Below are positions 1 through 9,075 of a DNA stretch of 64,000 bases, piece after piece (the stretch's first letter is position 1; each line of letters starts with the position of its first letter). Source of the stretch: Candidatus Aminicenantes bacterium (lineage in GTDB: Bacteria; Acidobacteriota; Aminicenantia; Aminicenantales; Aminicenantaceae); contig DQWD01000185.1 of NCBI GenBank assembly GCA_011042725.1, positions 24,832-88,831 of the forward strand. Direction: 5' to 3'. A program made the position numbers and the translations under genes. Below the pieces are notes generated by a model, which saw only the letters and a list, made by a program, of their open reading frames with translations, was not told where the DNA came from and searched no databases.

Positions 1-644
1 CCTATGTTGGCTAAAGCTCTGGCCGCCACTTCATTTCCAGCAAATTCCCCGCCTCCCTCTTTAATTTTATCTAGTACGCTTTGATAATATTGAAGCGCTT
101 TCTCATAATCGCCCATTTCCCGGTAACAATTCCCGAGGTTTATATAAACATGATAAAGAGTGGGGTTCTTGCTTAAGAAGGCCTCAAACTTAGTCACGGC
201 TTCCTGGTAATTGCCCTGGTCGAATAGATTATTTCCTTCTTCAAAGATAGCTAGAGAGGCTTCATCGTCAATGGCCGGAGCCCCCAATGTCCGCGCCTGA
301 ACTTTTTTCAAAGTGAAGTGAACTGGAGGATTATTGCGAGAAAACTGACTGACTCGCATCTCATGATAAACAGGAGCATAACCTTCTTTGGTGGCCGTTA
401 TCCGGAAAAAACCGGTTCCTAAACCAGCAATTGCCCAATTGCCCTTTTCGTCCGACTTGGATTCAAAGGTGGTGTTAAATTCAAGGTGCTGAGCCACAAT
501 CTTGGCTCCTTCAATCGGATTGCCTGCCTCATCTTTAACTGTCCCATGAATACGACCCCGGCCTCTTCCTTGCTGGGCCCAGGCAGAAAGGGAAAAAATA
601 AGCATGGCGGCGATAATAAAGGTGAATAATTTTTTATAATTCAT
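1..644 (-). CDS. Secreted carboxypeptidase-regulatory-like domain + TPR protein (3' end runs off window)
   Basis: Not in ORF track; manual translation from ATG 644 (SD GGAGG): MNYKKLFTFIIAAMLIFSLSAWAQQGRGRGRIHGTVKDEAGNPIEGAKIVA...GNNLFDQGNYQEAV...INLGNCYREMGDYEKALQYYQ; open to position 1. Confidence 0.85.
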   Translation of the reverse strand, partial: MNYKKLFTFIIAAMLIFSLSAWAQQGRGRGRIHGTVKDEAGNPIEGAKIVAQHLEFNTTFESKSDEKGNWAIAGLGTGFFRITATKEGYAPVYHEMRVSQFSRNNPPVHFTLKKVQARTLGAPAIDDEASLAIFEEGNNLFDQGNYQEAVTKFEAFLSKNPTLYHVYINLGNCYREMGDYEKALQYYQSVLDKIKEGGGEFAGNEVAARALANI

Positions 645-909
645 TTTATAGCCTCCATTATTTCTTTTCTATTTTATCTTATTAGGCCAGGAAACTCAAT
701 AATGACTGTCTCTTAGCATCTGAAAGCTTTTCCTTCCTGGGAAATCTCTTGTTAATTGAGAGCTCTAGAAGTAACTAGCTTTTGCTCTCATGATCATCTT
801 TTTCTTTCCCCAATTCACGCTGAGACCACCCCACTTTGGCCATATTATCAGGCTCCAAGGGGCAGGCAAAGAGCCCTGCCTTATTGAGGATAAGAAGTTA
901 ATAGCCGAG

Positions 910-1881
910 TTATTTTCTAATATCACACAGAAAATCAAACCGCGGTTGAGGAAAAAGGTCTTCCAAAATAAGCGGAATCGTTGGCGGTGAGTATTTCTCA
1001 ACTTTTAGTTTAAGCCCCAAGTCGTCGAAAATCTGCTGGGCTTTCTCCTTCTCACCCAAGTAAAAATAACAACGGGCCCGGTTCCTTTGGGCATAGATGT
1101 CTTTCGGGTTTTCCTCCACCAAGCTTTCCCAAATAGCCAAGGACTCTTGATACTGCTTGTCATTATAAAGAAGGCACGCCAAATCTTTCCGAGCTAAAAG
1201 GAAATGGTCGGCTAATTCCTCTAAAGATTTCCTTGCTTCTTTTTGACGACCGAGATAATAATCCAGATAAGCCTTCAAAAATGAAACAGTAGCCTCTTTT
1301 TGCGCGGAAGCAAGAAGTGGCTGAATAATTTTTTCTCCTTCCTTGTAATCTTTGAGGAAGCAATTGATTAAGCATAGCTGTCGTCTTGCTTCATCAGGCA
1401 AATACTCCGCCTTTAAAGCTTCTTCAAGATGTTTGCGGGCTCTTTTATAGTCTTTCTTTCTTTTGTCGAGGATACCTAAAGCGTATTTTAGCAGTCCCTT
1501 CCTCTTTTTGGTAAAAACCACCCCGCCCCGCTGAGCTAAGTACATATCTTCCTGCGAAAAGGCTTGGAGGCGTTTACCTGCTTCCAAGGTGCCCCCAGCT
1601 TTTGCCAATTTTTCAGTTTCAAATTCCACCTTTTCCAAGACCTTAAAGGCTTCTTCCTGGTCTCCCAAGAAATAGAGCGCTAATCCCTTATAGAGAAGGC
1701 AATCGTAATTTCGAGGATACCGCTTTAACTTACTTTCAACTAATTTTAAGGCTTCTTCTGCCTGACCTTGTTCCAGGAGACGACAGGCGCGCACCTCTTC
1801 TAAGTAAGCTTGGGGCAAAACAAATTGCGTTCCACTGGCCACTATCAGCAAAAACACGAAAAGAAAATATTTTTTGATCAC
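910..1881 (-). CDS. Secreted TPR-repeat protein
   Basis: 323 aa, GTG start with GAGGGG upstream, hydrophobic N-terminus, repeated TPR-like helices (LYKGLALYFLGDQEEA, NRARCYFYLGEKEKA). Confidence 0.8.
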   Translation of the reverse strand: MIKKYFLFVFLLIVASGTQFVLPQAYLEEVRACRLLEQGQAEEALKLVESKLKRYPRNYDCLLYKGLALYFLGDQEEAFKVLEKVEFETEKLAKAGGTLEAGKRLQAFSQEDMYLAQRGGVVFTKKRKGLLKYALGILDKRKKDYKRARKHLEEALKAEYLPDEARRQLCLINCFLKDYKEGEKIIQPLLASAQKEATVSFLKAYLDYYLGRQKEARKSLEELADHFLLARKDLACLLYNDKQYQESLAIWESLVEENPKDIYAQRNRARCYFYLGEKEKAQQIFDDLGLKLKVEKYSPPTIPLILEDLFPQPRFDFLCDIRK

Positions 1882-2070
1882 TATAAAACCCCCTCAATAA
1901 TAAAATTTTATCCTCATTAGGATCGCCGCCACCACTAAACAACCATTTCTTAGCTAATCATCTCTTCTTCTTTTTAACTTAAAAATAAGTTAAACAGGTG
2001 AGGCGGTCCTCTTTTTTTACCTCTCTTTTTGTCCCCTCTTTTAACAATTCTAATGGCCTCTCCTGCCCAA

Positions 2071-3066
2071 TTAGAGTTTAAATTCAAGCACTTTGCGCAG
2101 CAGGTCGCCACTTGTTTCTTCTTTCAAAATGGCATAGATTTTTCCTGGTTTCGCCTTAAAAAGTTGGGTTTGCTGCGAAGTAAGGGATAAAGGCATTTCA
2201 ATCTCAAGTTTTTGTCCCCGGAAATTCTTCAATTCCTCCTCGGTGGTAACCACCGGGAATGACTTCTCCTTTTCCCAAACAATTTCACCCTGAGCATTGC
2301 GAATTTCTACTCGCAGGTGAACCGCTGTCCGGAGTTTTCCTTCCTCGTCCTGTTTAAACCAAAATGAGGTATAAGGGATATCGACCAAAATCACCCCTTC
2401 GACAGTAGCATCGTCTTTAATTTTTTTCTTGACCTGCCATTTAAAATCGAATATCCGGGCATCACCCCGAATGGTTTGCTGAAATTGAGATTGGGCCATA
2501 CTTAATTCATGCATATACCTTAAATTAATTGTCCGCAATGGGGTTAAGTCATAAGTCACTAGACGATAGGTGCCGTTGCAGTATTCATCAACAAAAACAA
2601 CTGGAAATCCACCATAATACCAGATTTCTTGACAAGGACCCGCCGGTCCATAGCCCATGGGATAGGTCATCCGCTCCATGGGGGGGCCAAAGAGGATGTA
2701 GATCCGCCCCCTGTCGGTGAGCCATCCGGGGCGGCCTTCGCTGACAAAAAGCTCGTTGGCCTGCTCGATACGGTTGTAATATTCCAGCTTGAACTCATTT
2801 TCTTCAGTGGTTGGATCAGGGTCGCGACGTTTCCAAAATTCTTCGATGAATTCTTTTCGTTCCTCCTTCGGCATATCCAAGAAAAGATGTTCTTCTTGTT
2901 TGGTGATAATATAACGCACCTTAGATAAAAACTCGGCATCCTCGGGATCAAGTTTTTTCTCTAGACGATAATAATGGCAACTATGAATAGTCCCGAGAAC
3001 AAAAAAACCAATTAAAAAAAGGGCCAGCCAGTTTCTTAGCCTCTTGTTTTTAACTTCTTGCATCAT
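2071..3066 (-). CDS. GWxTD domain-containing protein, possible lipoprotein
   Basis: Motifs FWKRRDPDPTTEENEF and PGWLTDRGRIYILFGPP; signal peptide ending IHSC; SD AAGGAG. Confidence 0.9.
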   Translation of the reverse strand: MMQEVKNKRLRNWLALFLIGFFVLGTIHSCHYYRLEKKLDPEDAEFLSKVRYIITKQEEHLFLDMPKEERKEFIEEFWKRRDPDPTTEENEFKLEYYNRIEQANELFVSEGRPGWLTDRGRIYILFGPPMERMTYPMGYGPAGPCQEIWYYGGFPVVFVDEYCNGTYRLVTYDLTPLRTINLRYMHELSMAQSQFQQTIRGDARIFDFKWQVKKKIKDDATVEGVILVDIPYTSFWFKQDEEGKLRTAVHLRVEIRNAQGEIVWEKEKSFPVVTTEEELKNFRGQKLEIEMPLSLTSQQTQLFKAKPGKIYAILKEETSGDLLRKVLEFKL

Positions 3067-3274
3067 TTCTCCTTAAAGAGAAAAATTAAGAGAGAATGTT
3101 TTCATCTTCTCTCAATTATTCTCTTTTTAATTTTTTACCTTCTTAATATTTCTCTTTTCCAAGACCTATTTTACAAGATAATTCCCTGGAGTTAAGTAAT
3201 TTTCTTGTTTTAACTTTTTTCATTTCCTGCTTCTCTCTTGCCTTTTTTCTCTTCTTCTTATCCCGGAAAAAAGG

Positions 3275-5362
3275 CTACCTTTCCTTGAGGGCTTTAAGTT
3301 TTTTCTCTATTTCGGGTTGATGAGGATTTAACTGCAGTGATTTTTCCCATACCACCCGGGCTTCCTCCTTCCGGTCTAGGGCAAAATAGCAATCCCCAAG
3401 GGCGTTGAGAAGATGGGGATTGGTACCAAAGCGCTCTACCGCCTGGTCATAAACTTCGACAGCTTGGGCCCATTTCCCCAACTTTTGCCAACTCTTCCCC
3501 AGGAGGTCTAAAATTTCGTAAGTCAAATTGGGCTGCTTCAGAAAGGGCGCAAGAAGCGTTGGAACTTGGTCTATCTCTCCCAAATTCCAGTGGGCTTGGG
3601 CCAAGCCAAAAGCATATTCTAGGTTACCAGGACTAGACTGGTAGGCCTGCAAGAGGTGTGATTTTGCTTGCTGGGCCTGACCATTATTGAGATACTGAGT
3701 GCCGATAACATAGTTATAAATTTGGTCATCAAGGCCAGGGAGAAGTTTAGAATAAACCCACGGGCGGGGAATTCCTGACGAATAAGTAATGTCAAATTCA
3801 TCCGCGACCGAAACCATTTCTTGTCCTTGGGAAAGCAAAGCCACCTCGACCACATAATGGGCCGGAACAAAATCCTGAAGTGGAAAGGCCAATATAAAAT
3901 CCTGAAGAGAGCCCCTTAGTGGAGAAGGTTTAAGCTTTTGAGTTTTGACCACTTGATTTTCCTTGATAAACCTGATCTCGATTTCTCCCTGCTCTTGGAA
4001 CTGGGGCGTAAGACCTCCCACCTGAAACCCAAGGTAAAGAGTATCAGACTGGAGAAATACCCGGTTGCCCTGAAAATATAATCGCTTTCCTTGCAGAAAA
4101 AAGGGCCGGAGGCGTCCCTGGGGATCAGTTTTAGCTTGAGCATCATAAGCCAGGAGCAATGGAGATAATTGAACCTGTTGCCCTAGAGGGGGGATAAAGA
4201 TGGTTTTTTCCACCGAAGTAAATTCCTTGGAAATTTCATTTTTCAATAACAACGAGAGTTTGAACTCCCCAGGAATCAAAGGAAACATATCTCTAATGCT
4301 TAAGGGACGGCGACTTATTTCAGACATTTGTTGTTGACTGAACTCTAAATGAATATTTTTTTCAAATTGGTAAACCTGCTGCCCTTTCATATTACTGACT
4401 GTGCCGTTTAGTTTTAGGGTGGTGTAATATTTGTTTTGGTATTGATTAACCGAAAGCTGCTCGGGTTCGATGGCGTAATGGATAAAACTCAACCCTGAAG
4501 GAGTCTGGAAAGCCTTGACCACCGAATCACAATCGATGTAATTGGTGGAATACTCCACTTCTACAATATCTTTATATTCCAGAAATTTACGGGCATATTT
4601 TTCTTCCACTGTTTTCACAGGCGCCATCTCTATTTGCTGCAGAAGCACATCGGAAGACATAGTTGGTCGACCGGCCACGACGGCTCTTTCCCCCGGGATT
4701 AAATTAAGAGATACCTCAGCTAGTTCAGGCTCGAATTCCCGGAGTTGTTCATAAGCGGCCATATAATCTATTGGATCTCCATAGTAAGAAGTAAGCAGCG
4801 CCATGGGGCCATCTTGTAATGGACTATAGAGACGATACTCGCCGGTACCCCCTTCCTGAAAAAAAACCACATAAAAGCCTGGAGGTAAACCCAGATTAGT
4901 CTTGCCCTGATAGAACCAAACCTCGGTGGGATAAACTTGGGTTTTCCCTTCAAAACGAGTAACATCATTCGGCTCGCCTAAAATAATGTAGACCCGCCCC
5001 CGGTCAGTCTTCCAGCCGGGCTTGGGGATACCACGACCAAAGAAATGGTTAGCATAATTTATCCGCCGGTAATGTTCATTCTTAAATTCATTTTCAGGCG
5101 TACTAGGAGTAGGATCACGATGACGCCAGAAGGCCTCGATAAATAAATCTCGCTCCCGGTCAGTCTGAAGCTGGAGAAAAACCTCCTTTTCAACTGGAGT
5201 GATAATATACACCACCTCTTCTTCTAACCATTTTCGATAACGCTCAGATAATTCTTGAGGTTTTAATTTTTGGAAAGACAACACCGAGCTAGCTAATAGA
5301 AAAACAAGCAACCCCAGAAGCAAACTTTTTCTTTTATTCAAAAAAAATCCTCCTTCTTTCAT
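3275..5362 (-). CDS. GWxTD domain-containing protein with C-terminal TPRs
   Basis: Motifs FWRHRDPTPSTPENEF and PGWKTDRGRVYIILGEP; signal peptide; C-terminal TPRs (LLNALGDCYFALDRKEEA). Confidence 0.9.
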   Translation of the reverse strand: MKEGGFFLNKRKSLLLGLLVFLLASSVLSFQKLKPQELSERYRKWLEEEVVYIITPVEKEVFLQLQTDRERDLFIEAFWRHRDPTPSTPENEFKNEHYRRINYANHFFGRGIPKPGWKTDRGRVYIILGEPNDVTRFEGKTQVYPTEVWFYQGKTNLGLPPGFYVVFFQEGGTGEYRLYSPLQDGPMALLTSYYGDPIDYMAAYEQLREFEPELAEVSLNLIPGERAVVAGRPTMSSDVLLQQIEMAPVKTVEEKYARKFLEYKDIVEVEYSTNYIDCDSVVKAFQTPSGLSFIHYAIEPEQLSVNQYQNKYYTTLKLNGTVSNMKGQQVYQFEKNIHLEFSQQQMSEISRRPLSIRDMFPLIPGEFKLSLLLKNEISKEFTSVEKTIFIPPLGQQVQLSPLLLAYDAQAKTDPQGRLRPFFLQGKRLYFQGNRVFLQSDTLYLGFQVGGLTPQFQEQGEIEIRFIKENQVVKTQKLKPSPLRGSLQDFILAFPLQDFVPAHYVVEVALLSQGQEMVSVADEFDITYSSGIPRPWVYSKLLPGLDDQIYNYVIGTQYLNNGQAQQAKSHLLQAYQSSPGNLEYAFGLAQAHWNLGEIDQVPTLLAPFLKQPNLTYEILDLLGKSWQKLGKWAQAVEVYDQAVERFGTNPHLLNALGDCYFALDRKEEARVVWEKSLQLNPHQPEIEKKLKALKER

Positions 5363-5615
5363 AATCTTAGTCTTAGTTCTAATCGTTGTCTTTTAATTAT
5401 ATCTCAATCTCTATTTTTGGAAAAGAAAACACTGACCATCAAATCTTGGCTCTGCTCCGACGGCAAAAAAAAGAACTCCACCTAGCTTAGACATGCTTGG
5501 TTGAATAGAGAAGGATTGAGGATTGACACCTAGCGCTATCCAAGGTAGTCACCTCCGGATTCAGGGCTTTCCTCAGGCCAGGGTATTACGGCTTTCTTTC
5601 CCCAAGGCAACTGGA

Positions 5616-6977
5616 TTAAACAGAGGCGGAAGGCTTGTTCCCCAAAGCCAATTGCTTTAATTCAAGCAATTTGTCAGGAGTAATCTTACTCCAGAGATAA
5701 GGAAAAAGAATTTTATTCTGCAAGAGAGGATCACTGTTTTTTTTAAGTTTGCCAGTTTGAATCAAATGCTCCCATTCGCTTGTGCCGGGCACAGGAGAGA
5801 AAAAGGCCAGGCGAGGCCTCGCCCCCAGCTTTTTCACTTCTAGAATACTCTCCCGGACACTCTCTGCCTCTTGATCGGGTAATCCCACAAGAAGATAAAC
5901 ATTTATCTCCTCCGGCCGATAACCGGCTTTGGTCAGAAAATTCATGGCTGGCGGCAACGCCTCGGGGGAAGATTTCCGAGAACAACGGGCTAGGATGGCT
6001 TCATCAAAGGATTCTTGACTTAAAAAGAGTGAGCGGAATCCAGCTCGATGAAAAAGCAAGGCGATTTCTTCATCAATTTCCCGCACCTGGAGGCCGTTAG
6101 GAGTATGGAAAAAAGCCTTAATCCCGCGTCTTATAATTTCCCGAAGAATGACTTTGATATGGTTATCTTTATTGACCAGCAAGGCATCATCATAAAAAAC
6201 AAAGTGGCGAGGGGCAAACTGGCGATAGCTCATCTCCAAAAACTTGATGACTTCCTCGGCAGGATTCTGCTTGAAATTTGGATTCAACTTCCGACTGGCA
6301 CAAAAAGTACAATGCAAAGGACAGCCCTGGGAAGTCTCCACGGGCAGGACGTCTTTGCTCCTTAAGACAGCGTAATAAGGCCAGTAATAATCATCGGCGG
6401 AAATAGTCAAATCGGAACTATCTCCGCTCCTGCGGCCCAGTATTTCCCAAATGATGGAGAGGGCCTTCTCGGCCGGCCCTTCCACAACTACATCCGCTCC
6501 CGAATGGCGGCGGGCATGTTCGGGAAGCAGGGTGGCATAAATGCCTCCCAGAACTACTGGAACCGAACCAATCTCCTGACGAATTATATCGATGACCGCC
6601 TGAACACCGGGATACCAATAAGTCATCACGCATCCCACCAGCACCAAGTCAGGCAAGGGGAGGCGTCTCAACTCTTGCCGGAAGATTGAAACCGGCAGGC
6701 CGTAACGGGAAAATTTACGAGGAATATCTTTAATGACCTCCGGCTTAGGCACTTCTTCTTTGGGAAAAGGCCCCCGGCCGTCTTCTTTGACTCGGGGAGC
6801 ATGAGGCAAACCCGGATGGCTACGGTCTAAGCAATCGAGGAAATAAACTTCAACTTCCGGGAGGCGGCGCAGAAGCGAAACTAGGTAAAGAAGGCCTAGT
6901 GGCCTTACCCAAAAATCATAAGCAGTAAAATCATAAATCCAGGGATTAATGACTAAGATTTTCTTGTTGTTGGCCAT
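5616..6977 (-). CDS. B12-binding domain radical SAM protein
   Basis: CxxxCxxC (CPLHCTFC), N-terminal cobalamin-binding-like region (PLGLLYL, VLGGIYATL); start moved to ATG 6977 because the ORF-track extension overlaps tRNA-Leu. Confidence 0.85.
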   Translation of the reverse strand: MANNKKILVINPWIYDFTAYDFWVRPLGLLYLVSLLRRLPEVEVYFLDCLDRSHPGLPHAPRVKEDGRGPFPKEEVPKPEVIKDIPRKFSRYGLPVSIFRQELRRLPLPDLVLVGCVMTYWYPGVQAVIDIIRQEIGSVPVVLGGIYATLLPEHARRHSGADVVVEGPAEKALSIIWEILGRRSGDSSDLTISADDYYWPYYAVLRSKDVLPVETSQGCPLHCTFCASRKLNPNFKQNPAEEVIKFLEMSYRQFAPRHFVFYDDALLVNKDNHIKVILREIIRRGIKAFFHTPNGLQVREIDEEIALLFHRAGFRSLFLSQESFDEAILARCSRKSSPEALPPAMNFLTKAGYRPEEINVYLLVGLPDQEAESVRESILEVKKLGARPRLAFFSPVPGTSEWEHLIQTGKLKKNSDPLLQNKILFPYLWSKITPDKLLELKQLALGNKPSASV

Positions 6978-6988
6978 TGAGAAAAAAG

Positions 6989-7073
6989 TGCGGAAGGTGG
7001 GACTCGAACCCACACGGCCGGAACGACCATAAGCTCCTGAGGCTTACGCGTCTACCAATTCCGCCACTTCCGC
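6989..7073 (-). tRNA. tRNA-Leu(CAG)
   Basis: Reverse complement GCGGAAGTGGCGGAATTGGTAGACGCG TAAGC CT-CAG-GA GCTTA...GTGGGTTCGAGTCCCACCTTCCGCA; long variable arm; CCA not encoded. Confidence 0.97.
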
Positions 7074-7591
7074 CTTCTATCTGTGGAGGTGATAATTATA
7101 ATTTCAACGCTACCAGATGTAAAGGGGAGAAGACAAGGCTGGTTAAGGGAAAAGGGAAGAACTAAAATTTTGTTATAATTTTCCATCCATTCGATTAACT
7201 ATATCCTCATCAAGGATAGCTACAGGCCCGGGAGATAACATAATGATTTGATGGGCCGCCAAAAGATTATTGGCCATTTCCTATTTTCGTTTCTATGCCT
7301 TAGCTGATGGTATTAGAGAAACGCTCCTTCGCTCTCAGAATGGCTTGGCAAGTTCCACTATAAAAAAATGGTTAATTCTATTATCTCTCAGCATCGACTC
7401 TTCGCTCCTTAAAATTTTTGGAGGAACTCCTGCCTTCCCTGTCAAGTCATTTAAAAATCTTCTATGATGATTTGATTCGCCTTCTTGACAATTGACCACT
7501 TTAAACTTATCTTAAAAAGGCGTGACATTCTTATTCCTTCCATGTTCATCATTTCTTTTTTCAACAAAAATTTACAATAAGAGGAGGTCAG

Positions 7592-8737
7592 ATGAAACTC
7601 TTAAATCATGCTCAAATCAATGAGCTGGCCAAGTTTAAGAGTCAAAAACACTTTATTACTTCCGCCTACTTAGACACTAATAAAAGTCATCAAACTTATA
7701 AAGAGATAAAATTACGCTTGAAAAATTTACTAAACCGAGCCAAAACCAAGCTCGGGGAGCTTAATTTATCCAAAGAAAAGAAAGAATCTCTCCAGGAAGA
7801 TTTAAGCCAAATAGAAAAATATCTTCACCAAAATTTAAGTTCCTACCATCACCCCGGACTGGCGATTTTTTCTTGCGCCCGAGAAAACTTTTGGGAAGAA
7901 TTTAATTTACCTGAGCCACCTCGCAACCGGATCATCTTTGACCGCAATGCATATGTCCGCCATTTATCAGCTATTCTTGACGAACATAAAAGAATTGGAA
8001 CACTTGTTCTCGACCGGAAAGAAGCCAAGCTATACCAAGTTTTCATGGACGACATTAAATTAATTGAAGAAATTCGAGGCGAAGTTCCTCCCAAGGTAAG
8101 AGAAGGAGGATGGGAAGGGTATGAATCCAAGCGCATCGAGCGCCACATCGAGACCCACCTCCATGACTATTTCAAAATCTGTGCCCAAAAGACATTCAAT
8201 CTTTTTCAAAAAAATCAATTTGAATGGTTTTTCCTCGGATGCAAAGAAGAATATTTGCCTATTATTAAAGAACATCTGCACCCTTATTTGCTCCAGCGAT
8301 TTAAAGGTCAAATTAAAGCTACCCCTAACGATAACGAAGACAAAACCTTCGAAGAAATTAAAAATTTGGAGAAAGAATTAAAAGAAAAAGAAAAGGAACA
8401 ACTGGTAAAGCAGTTAATCTCAGAGATTCAAAAAGATGGCTTAGCCATTACCGGTCTCGATTCAACCCTTGATTATCTGAATCGTTCTGCTGTCCAAAGT
8501 TTGCTGGTTACGCGCTACTATTCTCAGCCGGGATATTCTTGTCCCAAATGTCACTTTCTCTACGCTTCCTACACTACTTGTCCTGGCTGCCAAATTTCCA
8601 CTCAGCCTGTTCTGGATGTCATCGATGAAGCCATAGAAATGGCCTTGGATAAAAATTGTGAAGTTAAACATATTAATCCGCCGACCCAACTTCAAAATTA
8701 TGGCCATATCGGTGCTTTTTTAAGATTTAAGCCCTAG
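7592..8737 (+). CDS. Bacterial aRF1/eRF1-fold (baeRF-type) protein with Zn ribbon
   Basis: 381 aa, SD GAGGAGG; GLAIFSC, loop EGGWEGYESKRIERH, C-terminal AVQSLLV...CPKC..CPGC...DVIDEAIEMA...GHIGAFLRF typical of eRF1 domain 3. Confidence 0.8.
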   Translation: MKLLNHAQINELAKFKSQKHFITSAYLDTNKSHQTYKEIKLRLKNLLNRAKTKLGELNLSKEKKESLQEDLSQIEKYLHQNLSSYHHPGLAIFSCARENFWEEFNLPEPPRNRIIFDRNAYVRHLSAILDEHKRIGTLVLDRKEAKLYQVFMDDIKLIEEIRGEVPPKVREGGWEGYESKRIERHIETHLHDYFKICAQKTFNLFQKNQFEWFFLGCKEEYLPIIKEHLHPYLLQRFKGQIKATPNDNEDKTFEEIKNLEKELKEKEKEQLVKQLISEIQKDGLAITGLDSTLDYLNRSAVQSLLVTRYYSQPGYSCPKCHFLYASYTTCPGCQISTQPVLDVIDEAIEMALDKNCEVKHINPPTQLQNYGHIGAFLRFKP

Positions 8738-9075
8738 TTGAAAATAATCTTTGCGGCCCTTATAAATTGACCCGTGAAAAAGAGAGGTAAATAATATTTT
8801 TATTCCCAATAAAGTAAATACTTATGATCTTTGGTAGGTAACAGCTTTTCTTGGCTAAATCAATCGATGCCCAAAATCTAGCCTTAATCCCCCTTGTTTC
8901 CACGCAAATGACTGGTGGTGGCTAAACCAGCAAGCTGTTCTAACTTTTCTTGAGCTCATCTTTTTTGGAACGACAGAAACTCCTTGCTCCATTCGATTCC
9001 CCAACAGAACGATCTGTTTGAGTAAAGGAGAAATCAGTTAAGTATAGTTTTATCTCTAAATTCAGCTCTCAGGGG

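Noticed and set aside
5560..5580. GAGGAAAG on the minus strand suggesting RNase P RNA
   Set aside because: Followed by CCC rather than TCC, the gap is too short, and no other RNase P conserved regions are present
6977..7165. 62-aa plus-strand ORF, and the N-terminal extension of the radical SAM ORF to 7013
   Set aside because: Both overlap tRNA-Leu; shadow frames
7338..7394. 19-aa minus-strand ORF MLRDNRINHFFIVELAKPF with upstream AAGGAG
   Set aside because: Too short, no convincing -10 box, no recognisable motif
8923..8935. TAAACCAGCAAGC also present near 47918
   Set aside because: A 13-bp match is expected by chance within 64 kb and the flanks do not align
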